Assembly (NCBI GenBank): GCA_951406725.2
Contig: OX597822.1
Span: 46,066,001-46,130,000 of the forward strand
Source of the DNA: Octopus vulgaris
Taxonomy: Eukaryota
Direction of reading: 5' to 3'
Length of the DNA stretch: 64,000 bases
Positions 55,479-64,000 of this stretch are shown in pieces (position 1 is the stretch's first letter; every line of letters begins with the position of its first letter). The translations under genes were made by a program, and so were the position numbers. The notes beneath the pieces are model-generated. The model saw only the letters and a program-made list of their open reading frames with translations, was not told the origin of the DNA and searched no databases.

Positions 55479-56704
55479 TATAAATTTGTGTATAATACGT
55501 TCAGTATTATTATTATTATCATCATTATTCTTATCAAAGGTGGCAGGCTGGCAGAATCGTTAGCACGCCAGGCAAAATTCTCAGTGGTATTTTATATGTC
55601 TTCATGTTCTGAATTCAAATACTGCCAGGGTCAACTTTGCCTTTCATCCTTTCAGGGTTAATAAATTAGTACCAGTTGCGCACTGAGGTTGATGTAATCG
55701 ACTATCCCCCTTCCCCAAATTTCAGGCCTTGTGCTTACAGCAGAAAGGGTTATTATTGTTATTATGATTATTATTATTATCTATCTCTCTATATAAATCA
55801 TATAAGAAATTGACACTCCATCAGTTATGACAATGACGGTTCCAGTTGATCTGGGTTCAATGGAACAGTTTGCTCATGAAATTAACATGCAAGTGGCTGA
55901 GCACTCCACAGACACACGTAGTTCACTGGGAGCTTCAGCATGACACAGAATCTGACAAGGCCGGCCCTTTGAAATACAGGTACTACTCATTTTTACCAGC
56001 TGAGTGGACTGGAGCAACGTAAAATAAAGTGTCTTACTCAGGGACACAATGCACCATCGGGAATAGAACACACGACCATATGATCATGAGCCGAATGCCC
56101 TAACCACTAAACCACACACCTTCACATGCATATATACATTTTCTACACATTGCTGGTAAAGAAATAAGTTGTTACTATCTCTAGCAGTTGAGTAGCAATC
56201 ATTGACAAGACCAAGGAAGGTTGAAATCACATGATCTGGTGGTCTTGGTGCTGGAGGGAGCAGGGATTTATCTCCTCACAAGCGATATAAACAGCAGTCC
56301 ATTCTGCACCAAAAACATATGTAAGAGTTTCTCTCGTGGTATCCACTACAGTATAGTTTGTTCTAACAGAGTATCTACACTCAAGGGGTGGGTATTAAGT
56401 ATTACCTCTTGGAACCCAATTGCTTTGTACGCAAGAAGACCCGTCCTCAACAACAGAAGTGTTAAGGCCACTGGCCCAGGTGAAGAGGATTAGCCTGCAG
56501 GGGATGTGTGCTAGTGCCATATAAAAAGGCACTTGTGCCGGTGTCATGTAGAAGCAATCATGCAGTGCCACATTAAAAGTACCCAGTAGACACTGTAATG
56601 TGGTTGGCATTAGGATGGGCATCCAGCCAGAGAGACAAAGCCAAATCACATGAGAACCTGCTCTGGTCAAACCATCCAACTTATGCCAGCATGGAAAGAG
56701 CACA

Positions 56705-57158
56705 TTAACCCTTTTGTTACTGTATTTATTTTGAGATGCTCTGTGTTTCTTTCAATTAATTTTAAATATAACAAAGACTTTAGTAAAATAACTTAGTTAT
56801 CATTAAGCTGGTATTAGGAACATAAATTGTGACTAAGGTTTGGTGGAAAATTTTAATACAGAACATATGAAAACAAGACATTTATAGTACACAGCCAGAG
56901 TCAAAAGGGTTAAAAATATCATGGTTACTTTAAACCTTTTGTTACTATATTTCTGTTGAGATGCTGTGTGTTTCTTTCAATTATTTTAAATATAACAAAG
57001 GATTTAGTAAAATAACTTAGTTATCACTAAGCTAGTGTTAGGAACATAAATTGCGACTAAGGTTTGGTGGAAAATTTTAATACAGAACTTATGAAAACAA
57101 GACATTTGTAGTACACAGCCATAGGTGGTTTCAGCCGGGTTGGTATCAAAAGGATTAA
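56705..57158 (+). mobile_element. Tandem pair of a second TTAA-flanked MITE family
   Basis: Two units (56705-56913 and 56930-57158), each ttaa-cc(c)ttttgttact ... tcaaaagg(g/a)ttaa. Related copies at ~16195-16458 and ~17532-17750. Confidence 0.75.
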
Positions 57159-57194
57159 AAGATGGTGGTGGTGATGAGAGTGAGTGAATATGCA

Positions 57195-57445
57195 AAATGC
57201 AGTTAGAATGCTGCAGGAAAGGATCCCAAGATGGGCTTTTCAAACTAAGCCTACTAGCAGGAGATCTAAGAGTAAACCAAAGAGCAAGATGGTTGGACAA
57301 TATTCACTGCCTCTATTGGTCATACTTGAGAGTCCAGCTGGAATGTCTGATGACAGCTGCTGCCAATAGAACCCTAAGGAGAAGGGAGCCTGAAGATTCT
57401 ATCTCCATCACCCTCCCAAGAATAGCAGGAGAAGAAAATTGGTGA
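57195..57445 (+). mobile_element. RTE-clade LINE 3' ORF fragment
   Basis: RMLQERIPRWAFQTKPTSRRSKSKP / RARWLDNI...WS.L resembles the RTE (Rex3/Expander-like) C-terminal 'RMP.ER.P...GRRPRGRPRTRW.D.I' motif; frameshifted. Confidence 0.7.
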
Positions 57446-58496
57446 ACAGATGGAGTGTGATTTAAAGATTTGGCTGCTATTTCTAGCAGCCCCAATGACT
57501 CTGTCAAGAGCCCCTTAATGATTGATAAAAAAAAAAGAAAGAAACTAGGCAAGGATGGAAGTGAAATATTCAATTGAATTTTTCTCCCAGTACACACCTG
57601 GTAACATCATCATCAGCAGCAGCAGCAGCAGCATCGCTTAACATCCATTTTCCATGCTGGCATGAGTGGGATGGGTTTGACCGAGGTCTGGAGAGCCAGT
57701 GGCTGCACCAGGCTCCAATCTGATTTGGCAATGTTTCTACAACTGGATGCCCTTCCTAATGCCAACCATTCCGAGAGCATTGTGCTTTTTATATGCCACT
57801 GGCACAGGAGCCAGTCAGGTGGGCCTAGCACTGATCACATTTGGCTTGTGCTTTTTATGTGCCACCAGCACGGGAGCCAGTCAGGGGACACTGGCATCAA
57901 CCACATTCGGATGTTGTGTTTTACGTGCCACCGGAATGCAAGCCAGTTACTAATCCATCGAATGAAATTTTAATATCAATCATCAATCTCAGAGGACCCT
58001 CAAAGACCATGGACACTGCTCCCTTCATCCAAACTTGAGCAAGTAAATTAAATAAATGCTACCTCAAGCAAGTGTCTTCTACTATAACCTCAAGCCAAGC
58101 AAAGCCTTGTGAGTGAATTTGGTAAATGGAAACTGAAAAGAAGGTTGTCATATGTATGCTTCTTTGTGCTTGTGTCTGTCTCCCACCATTGCTTGTTGGT
58201 GTGTTTATCTCCTTGTAACTTAGCAGTTCAGTCAAGGGAACCCAATAGAGCAAATACCAGGCTTTAAAACATAAGTCTTGGGGTCAGTTTGTTTGACTGA
58301 GATTCCTCAAAGCAGTGAATGACCCAGCAGGGCCACAAACTAATAATGGCTGAAACAAGGAAAAGTATAAAAAATATTTTTAAAAAAAACCTTGGACAAA
58401 TGCAAAAAAAAAAAGTCAGCCATTGGAGAACTTGAAGCCACAATGCAGAGAGACAAAACTGAATGCACCACCAAATAAATAAATAAATAATAACAA

Positions 58497-58523
58497 TAAT
58501 GATGATGATGATGATGGTGGTGG

Positions 58524-58599
<76 letters not shown>

Positions 58600-58601
58600 G
58601 A
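58497..58601. repeat. (GAT)n trinucleotide repeat
   Basis: Directly visible. Confidence 0.95.
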
Positions 58602-59811
58602 CTATTCAGAATTGCCATATACATCTAAATCCTCTGAAGTTCTGAATAAATTGCTAAGTAGAAATAATCCAATATTGAAAATCTACGTACAACATATTCT
58701 ATATCAAGACAACGATGGTTAGAAGAGGAGAGGGGGGAGGAGGAGAAGAGAGAGTGAGAGTGAAAGAGAATGGAGACTGATGGAAAAATATGGAAACTTA
58801 TATGCTATGTAAGCCGTGTAGTACAGAAATATCTTTATATAGACTTGAGATGTCAGTCAATCCACGACCAGCAAAATATATCTCCTAAGATGATGAAGAA
58901 GAAGTAGAAGAAGAAGGTCTGTAGCAGCTGCTGCTGCCACTGTTGCTGCTGCTGCTGTTGTTGTTCAACAGACTCCCACCACCACCACCGCGACACCCCA
59001 GTGAGATCTATAATCTAGATGCTTCATGGTGCTTCTATTTCATCTCCAACACTTTTCAGGAACAAATCAGCAGTATCTATCTTTCAGCCCCCACCAACCC
59101 CCATCATCTCACTCCCCCCCCCCGCCATTCACTGCCAACAATAACTAAAACTGAATCAGCACACACACACACACACACACACACAATCAACTTACATTTT
59201 TAAATACTGGAAAGAGTTAAGAATGAAAAAAAAAATATATATATATATTTGAAGAATGCATGGAAGCATTACAAATCAAAATTGTAGACATCAAACACAC
59301 AGTTTCATTTCTTAGTTTGTTTCCTGCTTTTGTTGCACTATTGTCGCAACGCAACAAGAGACATTTGACCAGAGGTAATCAGAACCACTTCCAGACCTCA
59401 CAAATGTAACAGAACAACGCAACTGCCTGTGTCCTCTCCATTGTCCCCCACCCCCGCTACAATCAATGGTCTCCTTTCTCAGTACTGGCCACCTTCTCCA
59501 CCACTCCTATCCCCATAGCCTTCTCTTGTATCTCCCAACGAATTCCATACCAAGCACTTTTCCCAATCCATCTTTCTCAGGGTTGCAACCCCATGGATTA
59601 ACCTTTGAACTTTTCTTCTCTTACATTAGGCATAAGTATGGATGTGTGGTAAGAAGTCTGCTTCCCAACTGCATGGCTCCCAGTTCAATCTCACAGCATG
59701 TCATCTTGGGCAAGTGTCTCCTACTACAGCCATAGGTTGACCAAAGCCTTTTGAGTGGTTGTGATAGGCAGAAACTGAAAGAAGCCTGCTGTATGTATGT
59801 GGGCGTGTATG

Positions 59812-60029
59812 TATAAGATGCCCATGCACAAACAGCTATTCTACATGGCAGTGAGACATGGGCAGTGAGAACATGCAAAGGTTTGAACAAAATGAAACCA
59901 GTATGCTCAGCTGGATGGGTAATGTTGGTGTGCATATACCACAGAGTGTAAATGATTTGAGAGGAGAACTGGGTGTACAAGGCATCAGATGTACCATATA
60001 AGAGAGAAGACTGTGCTGGTACAGTCATG
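59812..60029 (+). mobile_element. RTE-clade LINE reverse-transcriptase C-terminal fragment
   Basis: TAILHGSETWAV...FEQNETSMLSWM..V..PQSVNDLRGELG..I.C...ERRLCWYSH matches the RTE motif 'LYGSETW...E..MLRW...RLRWYGHV'. Confidence 0.8.
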
Positions 60030-60102
60030 TACCTCCTACTATAGCCATGGTTAACCAAAGCCTTCTGGGTGGATTTGGTAGACAGAAACTGGAAGAAGGC
60101 TG

Positions 60103-60137
<35 letters not shown>

Positions 60138-60495
60138 TATATGTATATGTGTGTGTATGTATGTATATACATATACATATGTGTGTGTGTGTATAGATAT
60201 ATTGTTGTATTTCAGGATGGTTACTTCCCCCATCCCACACTGCCCCAAATAAGCAAACACTATATATTTTTAATTCATTTGCTTATTACTGTTTTTAATT
60301 TTATTATTTTTACTCATGTCCATTGTCCAGAAATCTTTTGTCACACATCAGTGACCTCTTCAGAGACACCTTTTGTTTTTGTGTGCTTTCGCTCCACTTA
60401 CCCCAAAGAAAAGAGAAAAAAAACATCCCAAAATACAACAATATCAGTTTCAACACATGATTTCACATCAGGAATCTTCCATCTCAAATTGATAA

Positions 60496-60496
<1 letters not shown>

Positions 60497-60552
<56 letters not shown>

Positions 60553-60559
60553 TATATAC

Positions 60560-60592
<33 letters not shown>

Positions 60593-60612
60593 CATATATA
60601 TACATATATACA

Positions 60613-60650
<38 letters not shown>

Positions 60651-60795
60651 CATATATATACATACATATATATATATATATACATACATATATATATATA
60701 CATATATATATACACATATATATATACATACATACATACATATATACATATATATATACATACATACATACATATATATATATACACATACATAC

Positions 60796-60826
<31 letters not shown>

Positions 60827-60911
60827 CACACACATATATATATATATATACACATACACATACATATATATACATATATATGTATGTATCATCATCATCA
60901 TCATCATCGTT

Positions 60912-60944
<33 letters not shown>

Positions 60945-61010
60945 ATACACATATATGTATATATATATGTTCATATATATATATATATACACACACACAT
61001 ACATATATAT
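60497..61010. repeat. Long compound (TA)n/(TACA)n microsatellite
   Basis: Directly visible. Confidence 0.95.
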
Positions 61011-61658
61011 AACTATGCATGTTTGTGTGTGTTATTGTCTCCGTTGCCTTGACATCAAGTGATAGTTGTAAACAAGTGCCACCATCACGTGAGCAGTGGC
61101 CTTCATTTCCAATATTTTGCAGAAATGTCTGGTCATGTGGAAATATTCTTACTTGGAGACAAATGAGGGTTGGTAAGAGGAAGGGCATCCGGCCACAGAA
61201 AATCTGCTTCAACAAATCCCGTTTGACACATGCAAGCATGGAAAAGTGGATGCCTTTTGAATGAATTTTGTAGGCAGAAATTGTGCGTGTATATGTGTGT
61301 GTCTTAGTATTGTCCCCCATGGCTTGACAATCAGTGTTGGTTTGTTTATGTCCCTGCAGCTCAGTGGTCTGGTAAAGGGACTAATAAAATAAGTACCAGA
61401 TTTGATTGACTAAAACCTTTGAGGCAGTGACTCAGCATGGCTGCAGTTAAATGACTGAATCAAGTAAAAGATAAAAGATTGTAAGTATCACAAGAACTTG
61501 GTCCTCACTGACAAAGAATTAAGAAAAGTCAAAATCTTGAGACACAACTCTCTCATACTGGATACAATGAACAGAGCCAATATGCTTAATTAAAAGATTC
61601 ACAATAAAAAGGGCCTTCGGTTGTTATACCCTCAGAACCAACAAGGTAGCCTCTAAGT

Positions 61659-61974
61659 CAATGGTTCTCAACTGGGGTCCGTGTAGCCCCTGAGGATCCA
61701 TACAAGATTTTTGGGGTCTACATAACAAAAAGGTAAATTGGGGATCCACAATAATATCTTAAGGGCCCCTGAAAAAATTTTGCTTTAGATGTATGTATTG
61801 CAAGAAACAGCTGGGTTTCTTTCTATATAATTCAACCTAATAAGTGAAAAGCAAATGGCAATTTTGAAAAAGTTTCTATAAAACCAGAATTTAAACATCG
61901 AATGGCTATGGAGACCAACCAGAATAAAATAGTAATTGAAGGGGTCCATAGGTAAAAATGGTTGAGAACCCCTG
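61659..61974 (-). mobile_element. hAT-type MITE
   Basis: TIRs caatggttctcaac / gttgagaacccctg. 8-bp TSD ctctaagt / ctctaagc. Related to the 51404 element. Confidence 0.8.
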
Positions 61975-64000
61975 CTCTAAGCGATCACTTTACTTGCAAG
62001 TAATAACAGCCAAATCAGCCCTTTTAAAATAAGAGAACACATTTGACATTGCAGTCCTACATAGTCTTAAAATGATCTTTATTCCTTAGTTTCATCAATC
62101 TCTGAATTACCCCTTTAGAACTCCATCAGATTTAGTGAATCACATCTCTGCTTCCTGGATATCTCAATTCTACATCACAAGTTTCTTTTTAATTCCGTTT
62201 ATTAGTTCCCTAATCCTCACCTCATTTACTGCATTTCATTTCCATATGTTCTCTTATTACCATCTTTACAATATTCCATTTAACCCTTTAGCATTCAGAT
62301 TGTTTGAAATTAATCATGAATTATCTCAGGGCTTCAAGGTTTCAATGATGTGGAAGTTTACTTTTAAAATGACATGCCATTATAGGGTATGTGTGAGAGG
62401 TTGGATCTGGTCACTTTGAACATAAAACAGGTAGAATATTTGAATTGGATACAATCGGTTCAAATACCAAAGTATTAAATCCTTTAACGTAGATTATTTT
62501 ATGGCCATCTTTCATTTACTGTTGTGGCAAGAGCCACTGACACCCCTGGCAGATTGGAGAATGGACTGGCCGAACTCTTACAAAGAGTAGAGGTCAGTAG
62601 TAGTCAGAGAGAGCATTTTGGTCTTGCAAAGTACGCTGTGTGAACACATTGATTAAACCTCCACTGCATAATTTATTTATACCAACCTGTGGCAGGATAT
62701 AAAACTTACTATTCTAAATATACAGTTATTATATAGAGATTTCGTGGCATTAATGTCTTTTCCATCATTCCCATAACCCTTTGCCTAGACGTGATCCATC
62801 AGGGTTTGTTTGTTCGTGTAATTTCAAAGAAAATAGAAAAACAACTGCATATCTGAAACTGATTTTGTTGAATTTTTAACCACCATTTCTGCTCCTTTAC
62901 CCTATTCCCTCTTTCATATTTACCCTGTACCTTGAGCCCACCTCTCTCTCCCTCTCTCTCTCTGCAACTGAGGAAGCCATGTATTCTCCTCTTTAGCAAC
63001 ACACTTGTTCCTGACCCTCTGTCATACTTTCATATCCCTCAATACAACACCTCTACTCCAATAAAGGGGCTTGTCCAGCAAGCACTTAATGGCCTCACCA
63101 GTGACAGGGCCATGAAGAAAGCACCTGGTATGTTCTATAAAGTGGTTGGTATTAGGAAAGGCAGCCTGTTGTAGAAACTAAGCCACAGCAGACACTGGAC
63201 GCCAGAACAGACTCCTAGCATGTCAGTTCATGGCAAAACATTCAATACATTCCAGTATGGAAAACATGACATACAATGATGTTGATGATGATAATGAAGA
63301 TGATGATGATGATGATGATAATGATGCAAACTTTTTGAACCAATTTTCTTAAACGTTTTCCTTAAACATTTAACTATGCTGTGTAAATCTTTCAAACCAA
63401 TTTGCTACTTCCTCGAAATTTTAAACACGCTATAAATAAAAATGATTTTGTAATTTTAAACACCGACGAATGATTATGATTTAAACTACTAACTAAGTAG
63501 TTGCTGCAAACATTCCTGGAAGGAATAACAAATGCTAATATGATGATATAACAACAAAAACAAGAGATTGTAGAAGCAAGTGAAACCTCAACAGATACTG
63601 CATATTGTGATGAAGTCATTAATTGAAACAAAAAAAAATAATAAATTAACCAAACCAATTAGTTAAAAATTATCATATTACAACAATGCCTTAGTAGTTA
63701 TTGCCTTATTTGAAATGTAATATGCAGATATTGGACAACATTAGGTTACCATGTTAGCAGACAAAGCAAGAGAGCTTTATTCATGGCCCTTAAACCTGCT
63801 AGAAATAACAACCAAATCTCCCTCAAATCATACCCTGTGGTCATAAAACAGGCAGATCACATTAGAAACACTATAAAAGATACAAAGGTCATAACTAGAA
63901 TACTTTTGGACATCAGTCAGCTTGACCAAGGCTGTTCTGGGGTTAAACAACAACAACAGCAGGTAGCCCTGTTGGTAGAATTGGCAGATGCCTTATAGAT

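Noticed and set aside
58340-58624. Poly-His ORF
   Set aside because: A (GAT)n microsatellite with no splice or homology support.
60069-61052. 327-aa ORF, the longest in the track
   Set aside because: Translation of a (TA/CA)n microsatellite (YIYI repeats) with no protein-like content.
63392-63658. Unique-sequence ORF as a possible upstream TLK exon
   Set aside because: No convincing splice sites and no similarity to the TLK N-terminus.

Overview
Eukaryotic, AT-rich, CpG-depleted, repeat-dense genomic DNA. The SINE and microsatellite content matches what I recall for octopod cephalopods (Octopus-like); this is an inference. Almost all ORFs in the supplied track are microsatellite artefacts. 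The only convincing coding signal is two small minus-strand exons (39138-39222 and 20864-20925). They have canonical splice sites and compatible phases, and joined they read MPQTPDKTKTPTERKRKRKNNVDNNCEA-G-AVLKVVRPEANGKKINEYFK. This resembles the N-terminal NLS/'KISDYF' region of Tousled-like kinase, so the window is probably mostly intron of a very large TLK gene. The rest consists of tRNA-derived SINEs (CORE-like and Meta-domain-like, with swapped heads and tails), RTE-LINE tails and fragments, Penelope GIY-YIG and hammerhead-like remnants, a decayed Tc1/mariner transposase, hAT-, TTAA- and TA-type MITEs, and mini/microsatellites. I found no CRISPR array, functional RNA gene or clearly novel gene system. 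The most notable structures are an inverted composite duplication flanking the 62-nt exon, a locally templated insertion, multi-level nested insertions and a head-to-tail SINE array. SINE family labels A-F are my own working names. Repeat boundaries are approximate unless a TSD or TIR is quoted.
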